DNA of 64,000 bases. Source: Cenococcum geophilum (taxonomy: Eukaryota). The translations under genes and the position numbers were made by a program. The stretch spans positions 1,426,001 to 1,490,000 of the forward strand of contig CP158636.1 in the NCBI GenBank assembly GCA_050273025.1. Direction: 5' to 3'. The notes below the pieces were generated by a model. That model had not been told where the DNA came from. It made no database searches and was given only the letters and a program-made list of their open reading frames with translations. Shown in pieces: positions 38,263 to 51,598 of this stretch; position 1 is the stretch's first letter, and the number at the start of each line of letters is the position of its first letter.

Positions 38263-41167
38263 TGTGCTTAGTGTCTTAGGTTAACTTTTAACTCGTCTTT
38301 ATCCTTAAGTTTAAACCTTTCTTATATTAATCTAAGTGTTGCAACTTTGTTCGCGGGTACTAAGATTCGCCTTTTACTTCTCTAGTCCTCTAATTGCTTC
38401 TTTAGATCTTTTAATATTATAATTAAGGCTCCTTTAATGTGACTTATAGCCTTCTTTGTAATTAGGTGGTCTTAGACAACTTTTTTATCTAGCCATATAT
38501 AGAAATCTTCCTACTCGTCATTATATCGTTATCTATACCACTTTTAATACAACCCTTTAAGTATATACGGCTCGTCCGTAAGGAAGTATTTTTTTATTAC
38601 TACATTATAATAGCCTTTTATATATCGTTCTTTAAATCTAGTTAGAATCCCTAAATCCTCTTCTTATTCTAGTTTAGTAAGCTACTTAGCTCTTAGTGTG
38701 CCTACCTTAGGTCTATTGGTGATTTTTTATATAGGTGCCCTGTCCCTTATACGGCCTAGTGTGCTAAATCGCTTATCTAGTTTCTGGTCCTACTATGAAG
38801 TAATTCTTGCCCTAAATTCCTCCATAGTTTCTTTTTTTTCGCGTCTTATAAGTAGATCCTTAAAGTCTTCTTGCTTCTTAATCTTGTTAATAATTCTTAT
38901 TCGTGTCTTAAAGTCTTAGTTTTATAGGATTCTTAATCCTAAGCTTGCTTCTATCTTAAGCTTTACTCCTACCTTAGTTTAACTAGGCTTGGGTATTCTT
39001 ATCTTATTTTAAGAGTCTTAAATCTTACTTATCTTGTCTTGAAAGTCTTATGCCTGTAGGAAATTCTGTCCCAAGCTTACTTATATATCTTTAAACTAAG
39101 CTATTGCCCTACTCTATTAGTTCTTATTTATTATAGGTCCTTAGGTATACCTTATCTTATTTTAAGAATTTTAGGCCTTTGGCCCTTTACCTTTATTAAG
39201 TGCTAAAGTAATTTGCTATCCTACTTCTCTTATATCTTGCGAAGCGATAGATATCGTGTCTAGTGTGGTCTTAATCCCTACTAATATTCCCTATACTATA
39301 GTGGAATTATCCTCTGCCTCTTATATAACATCTTTAAGGTCTATATACTCCTAGTAAGCTGCTTTCATTGCCTTATCATTATAAAATGCTTTACCTATAT
39401 TAAATTTATTGTCCTTAATATCCGATTTATAAGCTAGTTTGTTAGTTCCTTTATATTCTAAGGTTATTAGCTCCTATAGCCAATAGCTTACGCTATACTT
39501 AGCGTCTTTATAAATTTGGTATACGTTGTTGTAATAAAACGTAAAACTTTTAATTAAACATTCTTTTGTTCCGTAGTATACTATTATCCCTCTATACGTA
39601 TATCTCTTCTACCGCTAGTTTAGTGCCCTTCATTATATAATAACTCTAACTATCTTTATAATCGCTTACAAAGTGACCTTGTTTTCCGTAATTTATATAA
39701 GCTCTATCTTTAAACCATTAACTTTACTATAAAGTCCGCCTAAATATCTTCTACTGCTAAGATCCCTGGTTTAGCCTCTGCTTTTTAGTCTTGTAATTAC
39801 TAAATCCTTAACCTTTAGGTTTCTATAGTTTCTTACTCTATCTTTTATAGGCTTCTTTAGTACTGCTTAGGTCTATTAGCTCTACGCTATACTATAGTTT
39901 CTAACTTAGCTTTAGTTATTACGTACTCTACGCCTTATATAACTGTAAAACTTTATCCTAGCCTTACTTAGCCTGTTCCCTTTAGTAGATCTAATTATTA
40001 ATCTTAATTACTTAATCTATTGAATCCCATAGGGTGTCCGCATCTTCTATTAGGATAATCATGTTCTAAACTTTAGCCTTAAGTCCTTATTTATACTGTG
40101 CTATAAGTGCCTTATTATTCTACTTAACTTATATCGCTAACGTCTGGAATTACGTTATATACTTAATCGCTAAGGTTTATTATATGATATCTTGGAGTTT
40201 TTTTCCCGCTATAGTTACTGACTCTAGGTCTCTAAATATTTATATAAGTTGCTCCGTAAACCCTTCTTAGCTTAAGAATATAAACCGTACCTTTTAATTA
40301 GTAGTTGTTATTCCGTTTACCTATATCTCCATAAGGTAAGGCTTAAATTACTTAAGTGCCCTTCCTAATAGGAATAGTCCCGTATAGGCTATTTAATTTA
40401 TAAGTGTTAGCAGCTTTACTTCTTCTTACGTAACCTTAAAGTGCATTTATATAAGGAATCCTTTAAGCTTTAATCTTTCTCCTAAGTACCTCTTAATTAA
40501 TAGTAGCTTAATCTTTACCGCTTTTATCCTATTAACCCTTTCTTCTAGCGCCGTATTATTTGTTATTAACTAGTTAACGATCTTTTATAGTTGTCCGACC
40601 GTTATAGGTTGCTATAAGTTAATATCTGCCATACTAGTATCACCTAACCTTAAAGTAGTTGCCGCCGTTAATAGCGTTGTGGTGGCTACTTTTGGTGGTA
40701 TATTGTTTAACTTTTTATACTTTTTACCGTAACTAGGTAGTGATTATGTAACGGAACCTTGTAGTAGGAACTACGGTGGGCTCGTTATTAGGCTAGGTGT
40801 ATAGGTGAAGTAAGTTAAAGTTAACAACGTAATAACTAGTAGAGTGGTTACCTAATAGATTAACTCTAATTATATTCTGAGAATTACTATAAGGAAGGAA
40901 CTATCTAGGTAGGGACTATGGTCCTTTAAATACACAACTATACTTCTAAGAAATCCTTCTTATACGTAATATACGTATACTCTATTTACTCTATTATAGA
41001 TTATACAGATTATATAGATTATATAAATTACATTATATAACCTTAGTTACTATCCCTTATTATATAGCTCTATTAGCTCCATCCTAGACCGTGCCTAAAT
41101 TAACTAACTAGCTTCTTCCGACTCTTTCCTAAGTAGTTATAATATTGTACTTAAAGCGTCCGTAATA
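38263..41167 (-). mobile_element. Truncated Ty3/Gypsy copy 3 (5' LTR 40747-41167 plus most of gag)
   Basis: Reverse complement of ~1324-4840 without the solo LTRs. Internal deletions near 38917 and 39170. pol and 3' LTR are missing. Confidence 0.95.
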
Positions 41168-41185
41168 TAGTGCGGTATACTACTA

Positions 41186-41611
41186 ACGTACTTTATAAGC
41201 GAGTCGCGAATATAAGCGAGCCGCGAACCTCAAAACTTACCAAAAATTGGAAAAATCGCACCTTAATATCTCGACAACCACTTAATAATAATTAATGCAA
41301 ATTTAATAGCGGCCTATTAATGTAATAACTAACTTATATAGGAAGTATTGGAAATCCTATATAAGCGGAAGTAGGTTAAATAGGAAAGTGGGGGCGGAAT
41401 TGCCTTACTTTTTCTATTTAACCTACTTCCGCTTATATAGGATTTCCAATACTTCCTATATAAGTTAGTTATTACATTAATAGGCCGCTATTAAATTTGC
41501 ATTAATTATTATTAAGTGGTTGTCGAGATATTAAGGTGCGATTTTTCCATTTTTTGGTGAGTTTTGAGGTTCGCGGCTCGCTTGTACTCGCGACTCGCTT
41601 GTGAAGTACGT
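41186..41611. mobile_element. Fold-back MITE (426 bp), Tc1/mariner-pogo type ends
   Basis: ~204-bp inverted arms around a 17-nt loop. ACGTACTT...AAGTACGT termini. TA on both sides (41184-41185 and 41612-41613). Confidence 0.92.
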
Positions 41612-41667
41612 TATATTTAATAATATAGTGTAGCTAATTACGCATTTTGCACTTAATGCGCAATTAA

Positions 41668-42056
41668 TATATAATGCCCTCCTTACGCATTCTGTATATA
41701 ATGCCCTCCTTACGCATTTTATATATAATGCCCTCCTTATACATTTTATATATAATGCCCTTCTTACGCATTCTATATATCTTGCTTAATTTAAGCAATA
41801 AATAAGTATTACTCTTTTTACGCAGTTGGTGCAAAATAAATTATATTATTTTAGATAATTTAATATAATATAGCGATGGTTCTCTTTTACCTGCCTACTT
41901 ACCGATTTACCTGCCTGCCTGCCTGCCTACCTGCCTGCCTATTTCTACCGCGATATCTGTAATATTTACGATATCCGCAATGTCCGTAATATCCGTAACG
42001 ATATCCGCAACGTCTGTAATATCCGTAATATTCGCAATACCTAAGATATCCGCGAT
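41668..42056. repeat. Cluster of short tandem repeats: 27 bp x4, (CCTG/CCTA)n and 9-12-bp ATATCCGCA repeats
   Basis: ATGCCC recurs at 41674, 41701, 41728 and 41755. CCTG run at 41890-41940. (G)ATATCCG(C/T)AA repeats at 41950-42056. Confidence 0.9.
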
Positions 42057-42134
42057 TACTACCCTGAGCACCTGTTAACCTATATACTTCTCTTTTATAC
42101 TTTCTTCTTCTTTCCTTTTTGTAAATGCCGCCAG

Positions 42135-42326
42135 TGTCTATATAAGTAGAGACTATAAATATCGTTACTAGATAAATGGTGTAGAGTGTATGCGGTAGGG
42201 GCTGTATGGCGTAGCGTAGGTTACCTAACTACCTACGGCCTGATAGATAGCCCGACCTTTACTACCCCTTACTTTCTCTTTTAGTAGGGAAGATAGATAC
42301 GAATAAATTAAGAACTAGTTACCATA
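42135..42326 (+). mobile_element. Possible orphan 3' LTR of another GalEa-like Copia
   Basis: AAATGCCGCCAG|TGT junction resembles the GAATTGCCAG|TGT pre-LTR junction of the GalEa copies. Candidate end ACCATA (RIP of ACCACA). Confidence 0.4.
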
Positions 42327-44053
42327 TATTGCAATTGCAGTACCCCTAGGTAATACTAATAATATTATAAGTCTATTAAGAACAAGCTTTAATTTAAAGT
42401 TAAATAGCTAGGCTAGCCCGTTAAGGACTCTATATAGGAACTAAAGGATTACCTTAATTATTATAAAGATATTTTAAAAGAATATTAGGACTAAGGTCTA
42501 TAATCTATAAATCGAAAAAAGCGCTCTAATATTATAGTGTTATTATAACCTATAAAGAAAGCTTATAAAAAGAGTAAATAGGTTAAATCGGATATAGAAT
42601 AAATAGGCTTTAGAAACTATAGGGATAGGGCTATAGCCTAAGGCAAGACAGGTCCTTAGCCTTCTTATATTTATAGCATAGAGTTAATAGGGCATTTTGC
42701 TAGAATTGTATTTCTATTTATTTATTTCTATTAGAAATATTATTTCTAGGGCTCCTAGGCCCTTTCTAAAAGCCTTATAAGGCCTTTTTAAGCACTTAAT
42801 TAAGGTCCTTAATTACTACTATATATAAGAATAAATCCTAAAAGTCTAAACCATAAATGCTTAATCTAAAAAGCTACTATACCTTATTATTAGGACTAGG
42901 ATTAGTATCTATTGGGTTACTAAGTAATAGCTAATAAGAATAGGATTTAGATCCCTTAGTAGGTATATAAGTAAGTATAAAAATAGGGGTAGGATAATAA
43001 GGTATAACTAGAGTAGAGACTCTTAAACGCTTAATACTAATATTAGGTCTAAACTAATACCAATAAAGCTCTTATAGCGTAAGCTTATAGTTAATAAAAA
43101 TATACTTAAGCCTAGAATAAATAGAGATGTTAGCTAGCTAGTATAATCTAGAACTACTAAGACCTTACTATAGTAACTATTAGTTACCTATCTGCTAGGT
43201 ACCTAAAGGGTAACCTATTTAATAATATATTATATTATGCTCTTTTAAAGCTTAACGTGTATATATAAACCCCTTCCTATAGTAGATAGCAACCTTCTTC
43301 TTATTACCCCTATTTCTTACCCTATCCTTAGTATACTAATCTTACTCTTATATTAGGTGTTACTAGCTAGCTTACTAGAAATTATAGGTAGTATAGATAG
43401 CCATAGTATAGTCTTAAATTTAGCTAAGTTATTTAATATTTATGTTAAAATAAGAGAGAGCCCGGGCGATATAGTAGTTAAGGATATTAAAGAAACGTCG
43501 CTATTTAGGCCCAGGCTATTAAAGCTTAAAGTTAGTAATAAAAATATATTAAGAATAGAAAAGCTTACTTTAACGCAACTGTCGCTCTTAGCATATATGT
43601 ATTAATTATAAGGACTAAAGGTATTAGATTTAACGCAGTACGTCTTATTATAAGCCTTTAGAATCCTATTATTAGATTTCTGGTCTTTTAAAGACGTATA
43701 AGTAAAATTATTTAGGTAAGACTAGTACTAGTTACGGATTAGCGGAGGTTAGGGTTCTATATATAAAGGTAGGGCTAAGATACACTATAGAATTTACTTA
43801 AAAGAGTAGTTAGTAGGAGAATAAAGAGGTATATTAAATTAATAATAAAAAAGAAAAAAATCTTAATAATATATTAAAGATACGTCTAAATTAAATGAAG
43901 GTTAATAATAAAAAAGTAAGGTGTTAAGGAAAAGGAGCAGCTTAATAAGCAAAGGTATTTTTATACTTTACCGTCTAATACCCTTTTAGTAAATAGCCAT
44001 AACCTTACTAATATAACTCTATTATAATAGCGTTATTTAAAAGGAAGGAAATA

Positions 44054-47000
44054 TGTTAGTCACATAGGGTGACTTACTAATAACGACTACTCGAGTAGGG
44101 TTATAGTGATGTTGGTTGATAAGCTTGATTATTAGAATGAGGGAAGGCGAGGAGCTTAAGACTCCACGCCACGCTAGTGCCGCGGCGTCACGTGATGACT
44201 GCTTGCCTTATTCCCGACACTGGCAATTCTTCTTTTATGGTTGCCATCTATATACAAATACTGCTTAACTAGCGTAATAAATATTAATCCTTTTTACTTA
44301 CTATTGCTATTATAATATAAGTCTCGCTGTCCTAAAGTTTGCCTCTAAGCACGTAGTGCTTTTTTACTTAAAGTTATGGGTAGATATTATATTAGGGCCG
44401 CTAAGGCGCTAGTTATAAGTGAGCTAATAGCGATTTTTTATCCCGGGGATGGAAAATCCTAATTGGCTAGTTTAAGTTAAGGTCTGTAGAATCTAACTAA
44501 TTAAACAACTTCAACTACCGGTCGAAGTTCCTAGATATCTTAAGACCTTACGTGACTAAGAAATTTCTAGGGACTCCCTTTTAACCTAACCTTTAACTTA
44601 TATACGTAGAGTATTTGTGTTAATAAACGTCTCTAGTGCCTTATTTGGGTTTGCCTTTATTATTACATCTACTAGGTTATCTTAGCTATTAATCTATTAA
44701 ATCTTAAAGAGTTTTTAATGCTTATAGGATTACTGAAGTGCTATAATATTAATTATAAGGCGCTTTTTCTTTGTAGTACCAAGCTTAACTAAACACTCGT
44801 AGAGGGAATATAAGTTGGTGTATATAATTATAGGGATAATGGGAAGTGCGAGTTGATCTATAATTATCTTTAGGGTAGTTCTAATTGTAATTGCTATATT
44901 AACTCCGCTAACTATTCTATATATCTCTAACGCTAAAACACTTTAAGTAATACGCTTGCTCTTAGTTAAGCTCTAATAGATAAGATTACTATAAATTATA
45001 AAGTTATTCTCTCTAGTAAATTTATTTATAATAATAATCTTATATCCTAACTAGGAGCTAAAATCTTTATTATTTATAAACGATCCATTAATAAATATAA
45101 AGAGCTTAGTAGTAGGAAGATTAATAGGCATATAGAGTAGTCCCCAATTAAGATGGTTTATTTACTAGGAAAGACGTTTATTTAGGGCAAGAACGTTATC
45201 CTTAGTTAGTTTCTGGTATTAGGCGGTAATAGAGAGATTAAATGAAGCCTTAGGTTAATAGATAGAAGTAATATAAGCTTTACGAGCGCGTTGCTCCACA
45301 TATCCTTATTTTAGAGAGTTAACATTAATAACGTTAATCTTCTTACCTTAACCCTTTTAGCGTAAAGTAATAGAATCTTTGTTTAGGGAGAGGATGTATT
45401 TATTAAAAAGTAATAGTGTTATTAAATTAAGCTTTTCCTTTAGCTTTGCTATGAGATTTACCTTTACTAACTCGTCTTCTTTAAGAGCTAAGAACTAGTT
45501 ATCTCCTAAGATAATTATATCGTTAGTTTGTATACTAACGATTCTAAATAGAGTTCCTATAGTTATAATAAGGAAGTAGGGATTAAATGTAGAAGTAGTT
45601 ATTAAAAGCTTCTCTTTATAGTGCTTGCTGTAGGTAGCCCACTAGTAAGTTCCTACCTCTGCGATTCCATATAATGGCTTAAGCACAACCATAATCGTAT
45701 CTTCGGGATATTGGTAGTGAATTTACTCTAGAAGGTATGCTAATATTAAGCGCTAAAAGTGCGTCTTTAATTGGGTGTAGGCCTAAGTAATATTTTATAG
45801 ATAGACCGCCATTCTATTCTTTATTAGGGAGGGAGCTAGTGTAATAATAACTTGTTAACTAGCTCGTTAAATTATAGGAGATTGCGTAAGAATTACCTCC
45901 TTACTATTATTGTTATAACCTTAGATAATAAGCCTTAATTTCTTAAATGGGGCGTCAGTAGCTTTGCCCTTAATCTCGTTAACCATTCTTAACTTAAAGA
46001 TGCGAACTCTACCGAATTTAGTAGGGTCATACTTCTTGAATTTGAAGACTCCTCTTATAATGAGACCATTGATCTTCTGCTTATTAGATACTTAAAAAGG
46101 AGCTCCTAAAGTCGTAATACGACCTTCCTTTTAGAGCTATTTTGCGAGCTTAAAGTTAGCCTTCTCCTTAGCTGTTATAAAGGCTATTAATAACTTAACT
46201 CTATTCTTAATAGCGGTAATAAATTACTCTTTAAAATTAATAAGGTATTGGCAATTTTGTAATTCTTTCGGGCGACTTTTACCGCGTTGTAGTTACGGCG
46301 TATCTACTATAATTGTGTTAGAATTGTGGTTGCCTTTTAGATTACGTTAATTGTGGCTCTTTTTTAGGGTATCTTCTATCGCATCCTACAAAGGCTTAAA
46401 ACTGTTATCTTTATAGTAAGGCTTAATAATAGTTAAACGGAATTAAGTGGGTTTATAAGGCATCTGAATAGTATAAGTTTAACTATTAATTGTAATGAGT
46501 TAATATAGGCCTAACTATCCTCCCTTTTTACGCTATACGCGTATCTTAGACTAGAGTAGCAGATTGAGCGTAGTTGAGGTGTTTGGACTATTTCTTATTT
46601 CTAGTATATTATTAACCTAGCGTGTAGCGTAGAGACGTTATACCTCCTTTATTACCTTATGAATAGCCTTAGCTTATTACACAATAGAGGGAGATAGTAG
46701 AGAATTATTAGTTATTTAAGGGTAGGCGCTAAAGACTAGTAACGTGGGTATGAGTCTATCTGGGCTAGCGGAATTATTAATAGCTTTAACAGCTATTTAT
46801 AAGGTAAGTTCTTCGCTAGCGTTCTCTAGTTCTAAAGAGATAATTTTATATGCGCGGCGTAATAGCGCGTGATATTGCTTTACTTTTTTAATACTGTTAT
46901 ATACCTTAATAGGGACTTCCTTAACCTTAATTGCTATTACTTTTGTCTATTATTAAAACTCTATAGATAAGAAGTTCTTTTCTACGTTATGGACGATTTA

Positions 47001-50000
47001 ATTAAGGGGTCCTAGGTAGATATTAATCTAGTATAATTAAAGGGTATTTTATATATTTCTAGCTAATATATTCTTTAAGAATCGTGCGGCTTAGAAGGAG
47101 GTTAAGAAGTTAATAACTTGGAGTACTGGCTTGCCGCTAAAATACATGACGTTAACGATAATACAGAAGTTAAAGTTGTAGTTATTTTTAAGGGTAAACT
47201 TAAATTGGCTAGGGGACTTCTAGTTTATTTGGTAGTAATAGCAGTACTTTATAAGATGCTTAATTGTCTTAACCTTAACTTTATAGCCTACTTGCTGAAG
47301 AACCCTAAGTAATTAATAAACGGATAGGTGGCTAAAACGATGGTGTAGTTGGCGTAACTCTAACTTAGTTAAGTGGCTTTAAGCAATACTCTTTTCTAGT
47401 TAATGAAGGAGTAACTAGGGGTAACCTTACTTGCGTATAACGGGTACCCGATTATCTCCCTAAATAAGTATATCCTTAAGGTTATTAAGTTTAACGCCTA
47501 ATTTGTCTATATCTCTAATACAAAATAGAAATAGGGTATTTATAAAAATAATATAAAAGGTGATGTACCTTAAGGGGGTTTAGACCCTAATTGTGCTAAG
47601 AGAGATTATAGTACCCTTGCTAAAACGAATCGTGTGTTAGCCTGCCGTTAAATGGTTAATCTAAATAGAGCTATTAAGCTGCTGAAGGGCTTAAACTTAA
47701 GGTTCTCCTACTATAGATACTCCTGCGGCTCTAGTATCTGGTATAATACTATAAAAGACGTTCGCTAAGTATCTATTATTAAAGGAGAACGCGGAACTCT
47801 CCCTTAGCTCGTTAAAGATATTTAACTTTATGGTAAAATAGAGCGTAGATTGGTTATTAAGAATAGTGACGGTTTATATACTATCTACCTTACTATACTT
47901 AGTAAAGTATTGGTTAGGTAAGTACTCCTTAATTTCTATATCTATAAGGAGCTGTTCGGCCTTATTAACCTTACCCTTAAGATCTTCTACGCCTTTATAT
48001 TAAATTAGGAAGCTTTAGAAGTAGGCCGTAGTAACCTCGCAATTTCTAACGTTTCTTGCACTTTGGCGAAACTTATTATATACCTCCTTTCGCTTATTAA
48101 AAGAATGCCTAGTTAACTAGTAATTCGGTTTTTTATAAACGTAGCACTTTTTTTAGCGATTACTTTAAAATAAACCTCTATAAGGACCTCTACCTTTACC
48201 TTATAGTTGTTAATTATACCCTCTACCGTATTACCTACCCCGGCCACTATATATTTAATTAGTCTAGTTATAATCGTATTGGTTAGGCGGGTTAATTAAA
48301 GTAGGTTAGAGTTAGGCGTTAAATTGCTGTACTTTTTAAGAGCGTAGAGCGGTGCTAATAGAAGATCTTAATTGAGTATATACTCCTTTGTAAGTATTTA
48401 CAGGATTAAAGAGAATAAGGTTATATTCTTTAACACCTTGGTATACGCTAATAACTTAATTACGTAGGCTAAAGTCCTCTTAATATGATTTGGATAAACT
48501 ATGCTAAATTATTTAAAGTTAATTAAAGAGCTTTTAAAGATAATTAAGCCAAGGGACACCTAGGTTTATAGCAATAATCCTTAGGAAGATAGTCTCTCTC
48601 TATTCTAATATATACTGCTACTTATTCTCTTCTGTTTTAAAGTGGTATCTTAACTTATATATTATACGGTTAAAATTATATCCTTTTTCTGCTAAATGAT
48701 TATAATAGAAGGTACTAGCTTGGCCCTTAAGCATAACGGAATAGGCGTTGTGGTATTAATTAGACTCTATTCCTACCTTTTAGTAATAGTTATAGAAGAT
48801 ACGTAGTTTCGAATTAAGAATATTATATAATTCCCCGCTAAACTTCTTCTCCTAATCCGAATAGAGCTTCGCAAGCTCTATAAGCAATTTTAAACTGCCT
48901 CCGATTTAAGATTAAAATAGAGGAGGTAGGGGTTATATTACAGGCTGCAGTGGGGACGTAGGTCTGGTCGGTGGAGTCTAAAGGTTGTTAAATTGCGAAG
49001 CAATGGGATCCTATACCTGCTCTCGTTGGGGTATAGTATCCGATGTTAAGGTTATAGGTTAAATTGGATATAGAGGAGTTAAAGGCGGAGGTTGGTTCGT
49101 CTCTAGAGGTATATTACTTGGGTTCTATTATAAGTTAAGCTTTCTTATAGTGCGTAGTTGGTGCTTAATCTCTTATAGAGTCCATTTGTGTTCTTTTTTT
49201 GCGTTAATAACCTACTCCTAAATATTATCTCTAATAGTACCCCTGTCCTTAGAGATAAATACTCTATTCTTCTAAAGGAAGTTACGGAAGTCCTATACGA
49301 TATCCTTATTTATAGGGGCCTATATTTCCTTTATCTATCTAATAAAGTCCTTCTTTATATATTCCTATAGCGCGGTATTATTATATTTACTATCCTTATA
49401 ATATGCTATACAGTATAATAAAAATCCATTTAAGTCTTATTTATTAGCGTTTACAAGGTTAATTATAGCTTTATTTTATATCTTTAGGTTAATGTCTTCC
49501 TTATACTTCTTTAGGTAGGTTAACGCTATAGTAGGTATAGAATTGACGGGGTGTCGTATGTTGAAGGTAGGTAGGATTTTCGGTTTTATAGGATCTTGTA
49601 GGTTTGCTGTCAAGAGGTAGGTAATTTAAGATGTTGTTTGACGCGTTTTAGACGTCATTTGACGCGTTTTGGACGTTAACTTAGGACCCTAGGTTTAGTA
49701 ACACTTCTAACCTAAAGTACTTAACCAAATCTTTATAAACGCGGTTATTCTGCGTAATAGACGCAACTTGGTATCTCCTAGTACTTAGTGACACTTCTGT
49801 TACTAGTTTTCCGTAAGTCTAAGGTAGTATAGTGTCGCTGGGATCCATTCCATATAAGCGCATATAGCACCCCTATATAAGACTGTCTTTTCTGTTCAAA
49901 AACCTAGCTGCTCTATAGTTAACTATATATTTAACCACTAATTAGTATTGGTCATATAGGGTAACTCACTAATAACGACTACTCGAGTAGGGTTACAGTG

Positions 50001-50111
50001 ATGTTAGTTAATAAGCTTAATTATTAGAATGAGGGAGGGCGAGGAGCTTAAGACTCCACGCCACGCTAGTGCCGCGGCGTCACGTGACGACCGCTTGCCT
50101 CATTTCCGACA
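44054..50111 (-). mobile_element. Full-length Ty1/Copia retrotransposon (GalEa-like), copy B
   Basis: 166-bp LTRs at 44054-44219 and 49946-50111. TSD AAATA at 44049-44053 and 50112-50116. Reverse complement of copy A with a few indels, and less RIPed. Confidence 0.96.
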
Positions 50112-51598
50112 AAATATAAGCATATATTATTTGTTGGTAGGGGGGTACTTAGGTAGTCTCTTTAAGCTTAGCGACGTGTTACGTGATAGCGCGCGGGCTA
50201 TCGTGTAGATATCTTCTCGGGGCCTTTAAGCCCCTAAGATCCTTCCTTATAGAGTATTATATGTATTATTTTATTAGCCTGCTTAGTGCCCTAACAGGTT
50301 ATAAGCCCTCTTGCAGCTTTAATTAAAGCTCTATTAGCTGCTATTTATTATCTAATTAACTAAGTTAACACGAACCTATAAATCCTCAAATTTGGACCCC
50401 AGTATAGTGCGATAGAAATTTATAATAAACCAATATAAATACACGCTATGTATGACACGGTTAAACCGATTAATTATATACTATAGCGGACATAGTATAA
50501 AAAAAGAAGGAATACTAGAGTTCTCTTAGGGCTATTCCTGTATTAAAAGGGGACAGTAATTATAAAGAATGGTATTATTAAATCGTATGACGACTTAAGC
50601 TTTATAACCTCCTACTAATAATATAAGGTACGGCTGTAGAGCCACCTCCGTAGACGGATAAGTATAGAGATTGGCGTTATAAACAGATAACGGGACTTGA
50701 AGTAATTAAGGGCGCAGTGTTAGAATTAATTCGTGATTAACTTGCTGCATTAGGCAAGCCGCGCGACTCTATTAAGGATTTGCTTAATTTAATTTAATTA
50801 CTATACACCGCGTAAGGTCTTATTTATAACTACTAGATATAGAATTAATGGCTTAATCTTAGTTATAAAGACTATACCTCGCTTAAAGCCTATATGGAAG
50901 CTTTTGTCTCGGGTATAAGAAAATTAAATGCGGCGTTAATGCCGATATTAAGGAAGTAAGCACACACCCGACTGCTTTATGTGGTAGAGAAGGAGTTTCC
51001 TATTTAGACAGCTAATTGTTAAAAGGTAGCTAAGAGAGTTATAAAGGAGGATAACCTTATTATAATTAAGGAACTGGTAAGTAACCTTATAGACAAGAGC
51101 CGTACTTAACCAGCTACCTCTACTGTAATATCCTTAGTTAGTAGGAAGCTATCTAAAGATAATTAACTAAAATCTAATATAGAAGGATTAGCATTAAATA
51201 AGAAGTATAAAGATTATACGCACTATAGTAAAAAATATTATAGTGGTAAGGATAGGTGCTTCTATCTTTGCTTAGACCTTTAACCTTAGATATAAAAGCC
51301 TTCTAATAAGGATATACTATGTGTAAATCCACCCTAGGAACTAGAAGCGACTTTATTAAATTTAACTTCTTAAGTTGGGACGACGGGCAGAGGCTTAGTA
51401 GGAGGCCTATTTATTAGCAGTATAGCTATAGTTAATAACTTAGATAATAGTAATTAGGATAATTAGTTCCTTAACTCTTATTCTAATCTTATAATAAGCA
51501 ATAATTAAAGCAAGTTTATTAACTATAAGACTTTATTAATACCTATTGCGATAAGGACGTTAGGAGGGACTATCTATTATATAACTAGCAAAGGAATA

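Noticed and set aside
1237..49370. Short ORF-track entries (1237, 4191, 13088, 14543, 18458, 20695, 32251, 38698, 43357, 47118, 49188)
   Set aside because: They are antisense or off-frame by-products of RIPed sequence, mostly TE-derived, with I/L/Y/S-rich composition. The 4191 and 38698 ORFs match only because they are the same gag region.
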